This document shows positions 45,604 through 55,282 of a DNA stretch of 64,000 nt, piece by piece. The DNA is taken from IMG/VR virus record IMGVR_UViG_3300008116_000192, positions 1 to 64,000 of that record; one strand, 5' to 3'. How positions within the stretch are numbered: the first letter of the stretch is position 1; each line of letters opens with the position of its first letter. Under the pieces are notes generated by a model, which was not told the DNA's origin, ran no database searches, and saw only the letters and a program-made list of their open reading frames with translations. The stretch comes from a virus (Duplodnaviria > Caudoviricetes). The position numbers were made by a program, and so were the translations under genes.

Positions 45604-46475
45604 TAACAAGATTCGGTAAGAGGTTTGTAACTAATGTCCTTGCTGGAAATCTAGTATTTTCTAACAGAGAAATTGCTCTGGGCATAGGCTCAACAGCAGC
45701 AACAGAGTTAGATACAAGATTAGAGTTTGAGTTTTACAGAATGCCAGTCTCATTTGGAAGCATTGATATTCAGCCAAATGGCCTTGGCGGATTTAATTAT
45801 GCAGTGGTTTATAAAGGAACAATTCCTCAAGATGTCGCTGGAGAAATTAAAGAGATGGCTCTATATTCTGGAAATAAAATATCTCAAAACCTGTTTGATA
45901 GCAAGTTTATAGCAGACTTTGAAAATAATCTATTATGGAAAGATTCCTCTAATCTTAATCCAGTGCTTTCAACTACACCTGCAGCAAAAATTGGGAACGG
46001 TATGATTAAGGTTGACGCTACAACATCTGCAAAAGAGTATTCTGCATCAGTTAACTCTTTAGACATATCTGGATATAGCGTAAACGATAGCTTAACATTA
46101 GCTTATTATAAAAACGATAATGTTTTGTCTAACATTAAAGTTAGATTCTATAGTTCAAATACTAACTACTACGAGGCTACTGTTGTATCTGCTCCAGCAG
46201 CAGGAACAGGTCATAGAATAGCTAGTATACCTTTTAGCACATTACTATCAGGACAATCTGGAACTCCAGATGCCACATCAATATCTAAGATATCAGTAAT
46301 TGTTACAGCATCCTCTGGAACTACTACAGTCTACTTTGATGGACTTAGAGTAAACGATGAAGATACATTTGATCCGACATATGGAGTTATAGGTAGATCA
46401 GTATTAGCAACATCATTGGTAAAGACTGCAGGAAGGCAAGTAGACATCGAATATAGACTGGGGATAACCTTTTAA
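45600..46475 (+). CDS. Baseplate/tail-fibre-collar-like structural protein
   Basis: IALGIGSTAA...LEFEFYR...IKEMALY...K..GRQVDIEY motif of tail collar-type proteins. Confidence 0.5.
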   Translation: MITRFGKRFVTNVLAGNLVFSNREIALGIGSTAATELDTRLEFEFYRMPVSFGSIDIQPNGLGGFNYAVVYKGTIPQDVAGEIKEMALYSGNKISQNLFDSKFIADFENNLLWKDSSNLNPVLSTTPAAKIGNGMIKVDATTSAKEYSASVNSLDISGYSVNDSLTLAYYKNDNVLSNIKVRFYSSNTNYYEATVVSAPAAGTGHRIASIPFSTLLSGQSGTPDATSISKISVIVTASSGTTTVYFDGLRVNDEDTFDPTYGVIGRSVLATSLVKTAGRQVDIEYRLGITF

Positions 46476-49400
46476 TGTCAATTATATCTGAGGACGGTGG
46501 AGCAGTAAATCTTCCAGTAGATTTACTGAAGGATGCCAGCACCCCAGATACACAAAAGAACTACTTTGAAGTAACAATAACAGATTTAAATGTAAATACA
46601 ACATATCCATTGCAGTTTGCTTGGGTATATGAAGATAGATCAGTAAGCGAATATTCTGCCACATACAATGTAACTACAGCATCAGAAGTTGCTCCAATTG
46701 GTCCTTCTACTCCTATATTAACCTGGGGAAACGGACTTCTATCAATAGAGTGGAACGGACTTGATTCAGCTGGAAATCAATTACTGAATTACAAGCAAGT
46801 AAACGTTTGGATTAGAGGCGGATCTTATGGAGCCACTTCAGTTAAAACAGCAGAATTTTTTACAACAAATAGCATTAAATCTATACCTCTAGGTCCAGGA
46901 ACATATAATGTAAAGTTGCAGGCAGAAAGTGCTTTAGGTGTATTATCAGCATTTAGTGCGGAGGCATCAACTGTATCTTATAAGCCTCCATCACCAGTAA
47001 CTGGAGTTACAGGTACATGGGTAAAAGATGACGGAACAACTAAAACCGATACATTGAGAATAGGGTTTACGTTTGATACAGCTGCTGCTGAAACTGCTAC
47101 AAATTCAAATGCCTATGCAGATTATTTTAAAATTACTCTTACTGCTAATTCTAGAAGTAGGATTTTTTATTCTCCAGTAAATAAAGCATCATCAGCTCAA
47201 GTATTTTATTTGTCTGCAGCAGAAAACAAAGCAGCATTCGGACTATTTGCAACATCCTTTTCAATACAAATCCAGGTCGTGGATTCCTTTGGAAACACAA
47301 GCACTGTTGTGCCCGCTACATCTTTAACATATACAACTCCATTAAGCGTTCCAGTCATTTCTGTTACTCCAGATATATTAGGATATTCAGTTTCATATAC
47401 ATCTCCAGCCGCAGACTTACCATTTGATCAAATATACATATACGAAAGTGTTGGAGGAGGACCGTATACTCAGGTAGCACAAGGAAAATCTAACCCATTA
47501 ATAGTTAGCACAACTAATACATCGACTAGATCTGTTAAGGCTATATTTTATGATTCAAATGGCCTAGCTACTACAGACAGTAATATTGTTACAAATGTGA
47601 CTCCTCTTGCAGCTTTTTCAGCAGATAATATTGCACCTAATGCTCCGTCTGCTGGATTGACCGCAACTTCAGGAATTGACTCAACTGGTACACTAGGATT
47701 TAACGGGTTTATAAACTTGTCATGGACTGCAGTATCAGACGCAACATTGCGTGGTTATAGAATAAGGTTTAGACCAGTAACAACACCTACAGCATCAAAC
47801 TATTCATATGTTGATATCCCAACAGGAACAACATATAGATTGGCTGGATTAGCAGTAGGAACAACTTATGAAGTTGGAATCGCTTCTTATGATGAGTTTA
47901 ATAATACATCTTCCACATACACATCTTTTACTAACCAGACAATATCTGGTACTCCATTTATTGGAACTAATGTAACCACTACTGGATATTTTGGAGCATC
48001 TGCAGGCGGAGAAACTGGTGAATTTAGATTTGGATATGGAGTTGCTACAGGTAGAAGAGGCTTAGTATTTAATGCTGACAATTATTGGTATATTGATTCG
48101 GCAGCTTCTGCTACATTTAAATTAGGCGGATCGTCTCAAAATTATGTACAATGGGACGGACAAGCATTTACAGTAGATGGAGATATCACAGCAAGAAGAG
48201 GAACGTTTAGTGGAAATGTTACCCTAGCTTCTGGAGGATCGTTACAATCATTTACAACAGCTCCTACAACATATAATATTACTGCTGTATCATTTACTGC
48301 CACTACTGCTACATATACAACAAGCTTAGCGCACGGATATGCTGTCGGAACGAGAGTCTTAGTGTCAGGACTTGCTCCAGCAGGTTATAACGGAATGTTT
48401 ACAGTAACTGCATCAACTACAAATACATTTACTGTTGCCAATGCAACAAATACAGCAGTTACAGATCAATCTGGTTTTGTAATAAGAGTAACTGGAGCAG
48501 GATTTGTTCTCAGTAAAGACGGCTTAAAATTTAATTCATCTACAACCCAAGACATAACAACTATTGATGCTGCAACTGGAAAGCTAACAACGTCAAGTGC
48601 AACAATAGGTGGATGGGATGTAACTACATCTACAATTAGTAAAAATGGAATTACTCTTAATTCAACTGGAACAATAATTGCAAATAACGGTGCATACTAT
48701 GTTGGAATAAAGCCACAGGTATCAACAGCAACCGACATCGTTCTTTGGGCTGGACAGTCAGCAGATGGATCTGCAGCAAATTTTAGAGTTGATGCTGGAG
48801 GTAAATTAACAGCTTCTGGAGCATCAATTACAGGAGATATTGTAATTACTGGAGGATCTACACTTACTGCAATTAATCAAGCAAATTCAAATGCGTCTAG
48901 TGCGGTGAGTGCTGTAGCAACAAAATTAAATACTGCTGCTGCAGGAATTATTGCATCTGATAATAATATAACTGCAATTAATGCTGGTGGAATTCAAATT
49001 TTTGCTGGATCATACAATCCAGCATCTAGTTCATATACTGGTGCAGCTATTGTAATGAATAGTGCTGGTATAACTGCTAAAAATGCTAGCGGAGTCAACA
49101 CATTTGCAATAAGTTCTTCAACTGGCAATGCAGAATTTTTAGGAACAATTACATCAACAGCTGGCAATATAGCTGGATGGACAATAGGTCCTGATAGAAT
49201 TAATAAAGGTGATACATGGATAAGTTCTGGAGAAGGTAACGGATATATATCTATTGGAACATCTAATGGTAGCTATGTAAAAATGAGTGGTGCAGGAATT
49301 CAAGTAGGTAACACAACATTTGCTTCTGCTCCATTTAGAGTAGATATGGCTGGTAAGGTTACAGCCTCCTCTTTTGAATTAAATGCTGGAACTGATTTTA

Positions 49401-49696
49401 TTAAATCAGATGGAACATTTAAATTGGGTGCAGGTAAAATAGATTATGGAGTAACTACTGCAGGAACACTTACCATAAAAAATACTAAATTTTTCTTGAA
49501 TGTTACCAGCAATGAAGATAACACATTTGGAGACTCAACAGTAGTTCAAGCTGCTACTAATCAAGAACTAACAGTCGGAAGAGCGTTTTTTTATGGAGGA
49601 TTTAGTGCTCCAGGGAATACAACAAATCGACCACCAACACAAGGTGGAGGAGCTGCCTTTAACAAGGGCGATATTTGGTTTCAGAGAGAAGCTTAA
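46475..49696 (+). CDS. Central tail fibre/host-specificity-like protein with FN3 domains
   Basis: 1073 aa with APNAP...LSW..V....GYRIRF...TTYEVGIASYD FN3 signature. Confidence 0.65.
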   Translation: MSIISEDGGAVNLPVDLLKDASTPDTQKNYFEVTITDLNVNTTYPLQFAWVYEDRSVSEYSATYNVTTASEVAPIGPSTPILTWGNGLLSIEWNGLDSAGNQLLNYKQVNVWIRGGSYGATSVKTAEFFTTNSIKSIPLGPGTYNVKLQAESALGVLSAFSAEASTVSYKPPSPVTGVTGTWVKDDGTTKTDTLRIGFTFDTAAAETATNSNAYADYFKITLTANSRSRIFYSPVNKASSAQVFYLSAAENKAAFGLFATSFSIQIQVVDSFGNTSTVVPATSLTYTTPLSVPVISVTPDILGYSVSYTSPAADLPFDQIYIYESVGGGPYTQVAQGKSNPLIVSTTNTSTRSVKAIFYDSNGLATTDSNIVTNVTPLAAFSADNIAPNAPSAGLTATSGIDSTGTLGFNGFINLSWTAVSDATLRGYRIRFRPVTTPTASNYSYVDIPTGTTYRLAGLAVGTTYEVGIASYDEFNNTSSTYTSFTNQTISGTPFIGTNVTTTGYFGASAGGETGEFRFGYGVATGRRGLVFNADNYWYIDSAASATFKLGGSSQNYVQWDGQAFTVDGDITARRGTFSGNVTLASGGSLQSFTTAPTTYNITAVSFTATTATYTTSLAHGYAVGTRVLVSGLAPAGYNGMFTVTASTTNTFTVANATNTAVTDQSGFVIRVTGAGFVLSKDGLKFNSSTTQDITTIDAATGKLTTSSATIGGWDVTTSTISKNGITLNSTGTIIANNGAYYVGIKPQVSTATDIVLWAGQSADGSAANFRVDAGGKLTASGASITGDIVITGGSTLTAINQANSNASSAVSAVATKLNTAAAGIIASDNNITAINAGGIQIFAGSYNPASSSYTGAAIVMNSAGITAKNASGVNTFAISSSTGNAEFLGTITSTAGNIAGWTIGPDRINKGDTWISSGEGNGYISIGTSNGSYVKMSGAGIQVGNTTFASAPFRVDMAGKVTASSFELNAGTDFIKSDGTFKLGAGKIDYGVTTAGTLTIKNTKFFLNVTSNEDNTFGDSTVVQAATNQELTVGRAFFYGGFSAPGNTTNRPPTQGGGAAFNKGDIWFQREA

Positions 49697-52261
49697 ATGC
49701 CTATATTTAGATATGAGGGTGGCGGAATCTGGTATGAAATGTCAGATGTTTATAGATACGAAGGCAGCGGTGTTTGGTATCGAATGCAAAGTGTTTATAG
49801 ATACGATGGTGGCGGAATTTGGCAAGTTGTATACGGTACCGCAGGTCCAAAACCATCTGCTAAACCAACGTTATCACAAGCTACAAATGCACAAAATTTA
49901 GTTGTTTTAACTGGTACAGTTTATAGATGGAATGGATCTCCAACTTCACAATTTTATTCATTTGAAAAATCTTCAGATGGAGGCTTAACTTATTCCTCAA
50001 TGTCTGGATATATAAGCATGTCTAATCCAGCAGTCGGAGTACCTGTAACCTTTGATTATACTATTCCTACTCAACATGTTTCTGCTAATGTATTAAATAG
50101 ATATAGATTCGTGGCAAGAGCAACTAATGTTAATGGAACTACTAATGAACAAGCAATTTATATAGCAACAATTCAAGGCCCAACTGATGTTACGCTTACC
50201 GCTGGAACAGCAACTTCAAATACTCAACCAATAACATGGACTGCATCAACTGGTGCATTAAGATATCAAGTTCAATATAGTTCAAACAATGGACAGACGT
50301 ACACCAACTACAGCTTTGTTTCTGGAACATCTGAAACCTTATCTGGGCTAGATGCAGCTCTAACATATTTAATAAGAGTAATTCCGTATACAGGAACTAG
50401 CTCAACATATAATGGATATGCTGGAAATCCATCAAATACTGTTACTAAAGCTGGAGCTGGTTTGGGTCAAGTTACTGGATTAGATTCATCTGGTCTAACA
50501 TACAATCAACAAACAAATAATTATCAAACAGGGCTATTTTGGGATACACTAACTGGTGCAAATAGTTATATGGTGCAATATAGATCCACTACTATTGGAG
50601 GGTCTTTTCCTGCATCATTTCAAAATTATGGAATTGCAAATGGTGCGGCAACTAATAGTTTCTTATTAACTGGATTATTTAATGGATACTCTTATCAATT
50701 TAGAGTTGTTGCATATTCTGGAGCAAATGCTACTGGATCTGCTGGAACTCCGTCTGATCCACACTTAATTAATATTAATAATACTCCACAAGCATTCAGT
50801 ATATTTTCAGCAACTAAAGCATACCCTCAAACTTCTGCCCAAGGAGCTGTAAGATCGATATCATTTTCTTGGACAGAATCAACTTATGCATCTGGCTATC
50901 AATATCAAATTGAATCAAGTCCAGACGGAATTACTTGGGGCATAGCAACTACAAATGCTGGTGTAGCAATAAATTATCAAAATTTTTTTGTATCAAATAC
51001 AACTACAAGCATATCTATATCTGCAAATTATGCTGTTTATTATAGAGTATCAGTAAGAGCTAGGGCAAGCTATAACACTACATACACTTATGCTGAATCA
51101 AGCAACAATGGATTGGAGGCTACTGGATCAGCACCAGGATCAATACTTATATATACATACACTCCTTCTTCTGGAACAATAAATGTTTCATATACTGAGC
51201 CAAGCAATAAGGGCAGTAACTTTTTTCAAGGAGCAAAGTACAGTATAGACAACGGAGCAACTTGGTCAAGCACACAAACATCTAATCCATTTAATATTAC
51301 TGGACTTACAGGTGCTAGCTATGTTGTTCGGATAAGAGCAGTCAATTATGATGAATTAGAATCTTTTCCAACTTCTCCTCAAACTGTTAATATGCCTGCT
51401 GGAATAAGTAGTGTTACGGTTAGCCCTTCTACAGGAATTGCTGGCACAACACAATTTACTGCAGATGTTACTGCTACTAATGCTCTTAGCTATAAATATC
51501 AGTGGAGATGGTTTCAAGGAGGTTCCTTTGGACTTGGTGGATGGGCACCAATTTCAGGTGCAACATCACAAACATATACTCCTCCTACAAATTATATATC
51601 ATTATATGGAACTACATTAAGAGTTTCTGCTATTGCATATTCTGGTGCTAATCAAACTGGTACAGCAACAGCAGAAATTTTATCTTCAAATAGTGCAACT
51701 TTGTCACCACCAAATACTTTAGTTTCACCTAATCCCACATCGGTAACATATAGCAATGGAACATTTTCAATTAATTTTACTGGAGGTACAGGTTCATGGT
51801 TCCAGGGTTGGTATCAAATAGATAACCCTAGCTTGTTTGGAGTTGTAACATCTAATCCAGATGCAGCAAGTCAGACAAGTCCGATGACAGATGTTATGAC
51901 TGCATTATCTGGTTCTACTTATTATTGGTGGGTTAGAGCTGCTACAAGCTCTACAGCCATTGGAACAGGAAATGTATCTGGATGGAATGGTCCAGTTTCA
52001 GTTTTCATCCCTTCTGGAACGACAACTACAACTACCGCTGAGCCAGGAACAACTACGACTACCGTTGAACCAGGAACAACTACAACTACAGCTGCACCAT
52101 CAGGTCCATGTCCTCCTGGACAAACAGCATTCTATGGAAATATATGTACAGCTTCAGATGTAGCAAATGACTGGTTTGGATTTGGATGCGCCTCTATAGG
52201 TGCTGGAAACTGTTCTGCTGGATATGCAACTGGAAGCTCATGCTTAGCATTCTGTGCATGA
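49697..52261 (+). CDS. Multi-FN3 virion protein with N-terminal 14-aa triple repeat, Thr-rich stalk and Cys-rich tip
   Basis: YRY(E/D)GxG(I/V)W x3, FN3-like repeats, TTTTT(A/V)(E/A)P x3, and a C-terminus with 6 Cys. Confidence 0.65.
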   Translation: MPIFRYEGGGIWYEMSDVYRYEGSGVWYRMQSVYRYDGGGIWQVVYGTAGPKPSAKPTLSQATNAQNLVVLTGTVYRWNGSPTSQFYSFEKSSDGGLTYSSMSGYISMSNPAVGVPVTFDYTIPTQHVSANVLNRYRFVARATNVNGTTNEQAIYIATIQGPTDVTLTAGTATSNTQPITWTASTGALRYQVQYSSNNGQTYTNYSFVSGTSETLSGLDAALTYLIRVIPYTGTSSTYNGYAGNPSNTVTKAGAGLGQVTGLDSSGLTYNQQTNNYQTGLFWDTLTGANSYMVQYRSTTIGGSFPASFQNYGIANGAATNSFLLTGLFNGYSYQFRVVAYSGANATGSAGTPSDPHLININNTPQAFSIFSATKAYPQTSAQGAVRSISFSWTESTYASGYQYQIESSPDGITWGIATTNAGVAINYQNFFVSNTTTSISISANYAVYYRVSVRARASYNTTYTYAESSNNGLEATGSAPGSILIYTYTPSSGTINVSYTEPSNKGSNFFQGAKYSIDNGATWSSTQTSNPFNITGLTGASYVVRIRAVNYDELESFPTSPQTVNMPAGISSVTVSPSTGIAGTTQFTADVTATNALSYKYQWRWFQGGSFGLGGWAPISGATSQTYTPPTNYISLYGTTLRVSAIAYSGANQTGTATAEILSSNSATLSPPNTLVSPNPTSVTYSNGTFSINFTGGTGSWFQGWYQIDNPSLFGVVTSNPDAASQTSPMTDVMTALSGSTYYWWVRAATSSTAIGTGNVSGWNGPVSVFIPSGTTTTTTAEPGTTTTTVEPGTTTTTAAPSGPCPPGQTAFYGNICTASDVANDWFGFGCASIGAGNCSAGYATGSSCLAFCA
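52019..52099 (+). repeat. Tandem 27-nt repeats encoding TTTTT(A/V)(E/A)P(G/S) x3
   Basis: Seen directly. Confidence 0.85.
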
Positions 52262-52264
52262 TAG

Positions 52265-52293
52265 TTGACACATTTAAAAGAAATATATATAAT
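52265..52293 (+). promoter_or_regulatory. Perfect consensus promoter TTGACA-17-TATAAT
   Basis: Exact consensus. The ORF track's TTG start at 52265 is the -35 box. A leaderless ATG at 52301 is more likely. Confidence 0.85.
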
Positions 52294-52300
52294 GTATAAC

Positions 52301-52768
52301 ATGTTGATCGACGATGATATTTATTATTTATATGGAAAAGAAGGAAAGGGTAGGGTTATGGCTCTAGCCTTTGGTCTAGACGGAGTAATTGTTCACACTA
52401 TGCCAACATTTACTTTTTTTTATGATATGATAAATAGTTCTAATAATATTGTTTGTGTAAATGATGATTGTAGTCTAGTAAATTTTTTAGATGATAATGA
52501 AAACATTATTGAAACACTACAGACCAATTCAAAACTAGGATCTATTCTAACAAGTAGCCCCAAAATTTTTGAATTAATGAGAAGAAATGAAGACAATACT
52601 CCAATAGAGGCATCTACTATTCCTCCTAAAAATAGAGAAGTTATAGAAGGATGGAGATATAATGAAAATGGGCTTATTGCACCATATGGGTGGGAGCCAA
52701 AGCCAGTTAAAACACTAGCTGAAATTAGACAAGAGTTTTTTGAAAGGTCAAACAATGTCAGACGATAA
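52301..52768 (+). CDS. Hypothetical protein (fibre-assembly-like; possible distant paralog of 20634)
   Basis: AFGLDGVIV...SSPKIFEL...EGWRYNENG resembles AGIVEGEVF...SDPKFVEI...EWTWDGNQ. Confidence 0.45.
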   Translation: MLIDDDIYYLYGKEGKGRVMALAFGLDGVIVHTMPTFTFFYDMINSSNNIVCVNDDCSLVNFLDDNENIIETLQTNSKLGSILTSSPKIFELMRRNEDNTPIEASTIPPKNREVIEGWRYNENGLIAPYGWEPKPVKTLAEIRQEFFERSNNVRR

Positions 52769-52997
52769 TCTAACACCATGGCAAAGATATAAAAAGAGTT
52801 TGGGTGAAACTAGACCATGGGATATGCTTAATCCAAATTCAGAATGGGCATCAGAAGAGACAGCAAATGCCAGATACTCAATTTGCGAAACATGTCCTGA
52901 ATTAATAGGTCTTACTAAACAATGCAAGAAATGCGGTTGCTTTATGGCGGCAAAAACAAAGTTAGCCCACGCCTCTTGCCCAATGGATAAGTGGTAG
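52755..52997 (+). CDS. Small Cys-rich zinc-binding protein (DUF6171-like)
   Basis: RYSICETC...QCKKCGCFM..K......CP..KW. ATG 52755 after GAAAGG. Confidence 0.6.
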   Translation: MSDDNLTPWQRYKKSLGETRPWDMLNPNSEWASEETANARYSICETCPELIGLTKQCKKCGCFMAAKTKLAHASCPMDKW

Positions 52998-52999
52998 AA

Positions 53000-53028
53000 T
53001 TGTAGTTTACCATACATAATGGTATAAT
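53000..53028 (+). promoter_or_regulatory. Promoter TTGTAG-17-TATAAT with extended -10 TG
   Basis: Upstream of 53046. Confidence 0.6.
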
Positions 53029-53045
53029 AATGGAAGGAGGGTCAA

Positions 53046-53273
53046 ATGGCATACACACTATCAAAAGAAGAAAAAATTAGCATAATCGATTCACACAGAA
53101 AAAATCTTGCTTACAACAAGTATAATCTTGAGATGAGCAAGATTCAAGAGGATGCAAAGCAAAATCCATCTTCTACAGTTTTGGGAGATTTAAATTCAAA
53201 AATTGATGAACTATCTGATCAGTTAGCAGCTCTCGATTTAGAAGCAGCTGCAGTTAATGCATTAACAGAATAG
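53046..53273 (+). CDS. Small coiled-coil protein, probable paralog of 23612
   Basis: 75 aa, GGAGG SD. Confidence 0.5.
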   Translation: MAYTLSKEEKISIIDSHRKNLAYNKYNLEMSKIQEDAKQNPSSTVLGDLNSKIDELSDQLAALDLEAAAVNALTE

Positions 53274-53280
53274 GTAATAA

Positions 53281-53463
53281 ATGAACAATAGAGCGGAATT
53301 AGTAATTACCGCATTGCAGCAGCGCATGGGAGAAATTGTTTCTAATTATGAAACACAAATTGCGTTACTTCGTGCTGAAATTACTGAACTTATGGATGAG
53401 AAGCAGGAACGTGAAAAGGCTATTCAAGAATACTCAGACGGTCTTAATAACAAGTCCAACTAG
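53281..53463 (+). CDS. Small coiled-coil hypothetical protein
   Basis: 60 aa with heptad pattern. Confidence 0.5.
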   Translation: MNNRAELVITALQQRMGEIVSNYETQIALLRAEITELMDEKQEREKAIQEYSDGLNNKSN

Positions 53464-53809
53464 CTTCCCTTCTGGGCTTGCGGTAAAAACCGACAAGAAT
53501 ACTTATTGGATAAAAGACAATAAGAGATTTAAGCTTATATCAGATAGGGCTGCAGAGTCCTGGAAGTTTACAACCATAGACGTTACAGAATCTGCGGTCT
53601 CTCACATCAAACTTGTTGGCAAGCTTGGATTTAGGGACGGAACCTTGATAAAAAATATAGCAGATGGTAAAATGTATTTGATATCTCAGAATAAGAGACG
53701 TCATGTCGTAAGCCCAGATGTATTTTCTAAATATGGATTAGATAGAAATGCAGTAATTGAAGTAAGCGATATAGAAGCAAATATGCATGACATAGGAGAT
53801 AATTTATAA
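53411..53809 (+). CDS. Hypothetical protein with two internal repeats (G..VK....xYxI.xNKR)
   Basis: GLAVKTDKNTYWIKDNKRF resembles GTLIKNIADGKMYLISQNKRR. Probable GTG start at 53411. Confidence 0.5.
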   Translation: MKRLFKNTQTVLITSPTSFPSGLAVKTDKNTYWIKDNKRFKLISDRAAESWKFTTIDVTESAVSHIKLVGKLGFRDGTLIKNIADGKMYLISQNKRRHVVSPDVFSKYGLDRNAVIEVSDIEANMHDIGDNL

Positions 53810-54204
53810 TGGCACTATTTACAGACGGAGAACCTTTAGATGTCTCTAAGCTTAATTCAATGGCTGCTAAGATAGATGAGCTCAACGCAACACTTGCAAT
53901 GCTTACTAAATCAGCTGGAAACAACGCAAATAGAATTCCTGCAATTCCAATTGTTCAAACAGGTCATATTGTTGTAAATATAGATGCTGCGGGAACAAAG
54001 GCTGAGCCTATAGCATATAGTCCAGAATTATTTAATGGCAATGTTCCAAAAATTGTTGCATCTCCAAGAAGCAATCTAAAGAGTAAGCAATATGTTAGCG
54101 TATCAGTAATTGGTTTGACAACGACTCCACAAATTGTTGTAACAACAAATGATAAACTGACTAACTTTAGAATTGACTGGATCGCAGTTTACATTCAACA
54201 ATAA
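53809..54204 (+). CDS. Hypothetical structural protein (H-type lectin-like C-terminus IDWIAV)
   Basis: 131 aa, TAATG coupling. Confidence 0.4.
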   Translation: MALFTDGEPLDVSKLNSMAAKIDELNATLAMLTKSAGNNANRIPAIPIVQTGHIVVNIDAAGTKAEPIAYSPELFNGNVPKIVASPRSNLKSKQYVSVSVIGLTTTPQIVVTTNDKLTNFRIDWIAVYIQQ

Positions 54205-54209
54205 ACATA

Positions 54210-54237
54210 TTGACAGCTTTTTTTAATATGCTACAAT
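54210..54237 (+). promoter_or_regulatory. Promoter TTGACA-16-TACAAT with extended -10 TG
   Basis: At the boundary between the structural and replication modules. Confidence 0.65.
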
Positions 54238-54250
54238 ACAGTTGTAGCTC

Positions 54251-54276
54251 AAAAGTCACGACCTCGTGACTTTTTT
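54251..54276 (+). terminator. Perfect hairpin AAAAGTCACG-acct-CGTGACTTTT plus T-run
   Basis: Seen directly. Confidence 0.75.
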
Positions 54277-54293
54277 AGTATCTAAGGTAGATA

Positions 54294-55097
54294 ATGAGTA
54301 ATGATTTAAAATGGATGCTTTCATCCGACCAGCAGTTCCCTTATCAAGATAATAAGATGATCGAACTTTGGTTTAAGGTAATGAAGTGGTTTAAGCCAGA
54401 TGTTGTAGATTATTTGGGAGATACAGATGATCAGGCATGTTATAGCAAATATACAGAAGGACGATCAGCTGAATTTTTGAATTTACATAAGACAGATAGC
54501 AAGGACCTTATTGTTCCAATGATGAGGCATGAAGCAAAGGAAGCAAGAGAGTTTTATACTAAGACTAGAGATATGCTTCCAGATGCACAGTTATTCTCTG
54601 CCCTAGGAAATCACGATGTTAGAATTTTTAACTATGTAGATGCTAAGCTTCCAGAGTATTTAAATGAAGTTACACCAGAAGCTTTGTGGAGTTTAGACTC
54701 ATTGGGTTATGATTATATTTATTATGACAGCCTACCACGTCGTCGATTTGGTGATATCCATGTTCATCACGGACTTTCTGTTTCAGCAACTGGAGCGGTA
54801 AGAAAAGACATGGAAGACATGCAAGTCTCATTAATTAGAGGACACTCACACAGAATTGCATCACATATGGTAACATATGAACTTAGAAACAATGGTGAAG
54901 GCGAGACATTGCGTGGATATGAAATTGGTCACATGTGTGATGAAAAGGGTCCAGGAATGAAGTATACACAGCATCATGACTGGCAAAAGGGCTTTGCTAT
55001 AGCACATATTGAAAATGGAGAATACCCTCATATTCAAATGATTCACGTCTCTCCTAATTATAGTTGTGTAGTAGACGGAAAGCTGTTCTCCGTATGA
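54294..55097 (+). CDS. Calcineurin-like metallophosphoesterase
   Basis: SDQQ, LGDTDD, GNHD, HVHHG, GHSHR motifs. Confidence 0.8.
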   Translation: MSNDLKWMLSSDQQFPYQDNKMIELWFKVMKWFKPDVVDYLGDTDDQACYSKYTEGRSAEFLNLHKTDSKDLIVPMMRHEAKEAREFYTKTRDMLPDAQLFSALGNHDVRIFNYVDAKLPEYLNEVTPEALWSLDSLGYDYIYYDSLPRRRFGDIHVHHGLSVSATGAVRKDMEDMQVSLIRGHSHRIASHMVTYELRNNGEGETLRGYEIGHMCDEKGPGMKYTQHHDWQKGFAIAHIENGEYPHIQMIHVSPNYSCVVDGKLFSV

Positions 55098-55282
55098 TGA
55101 CTTGTCAAAGATGTAATGGTAGAGTATTCATTGATAGAGTATTCTCTCAAAAACTTCATATAGAACTCTTCTGTATAATGTGCGGAAGACGCTGGATGAT
55201 TAATAAAGATACGAGTGCATTGGGTAGATGGCTAGAAAAAAGAGACAAAGCGCACAGCAAAAATTTGTCTATTTCTTTTTAA
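55094..55282 (+). CDS. Small zinc-ribbon protein
   Basis: CQRC...CIMCG. ATGA coupling. Confidence 0.6.
   Translation: MMTCQRCNGRVFIDRVFSQKLHIELFCIMCGRRWMINKDTSALGRWLEKRDKAHSKNLSISF

Noticed and set aside
52265-52300. ORF-track N-terminal extension from TTG 52265
   Set aside because: That TTG is the -35 box of a consensus promoter. The start is probably 52301.
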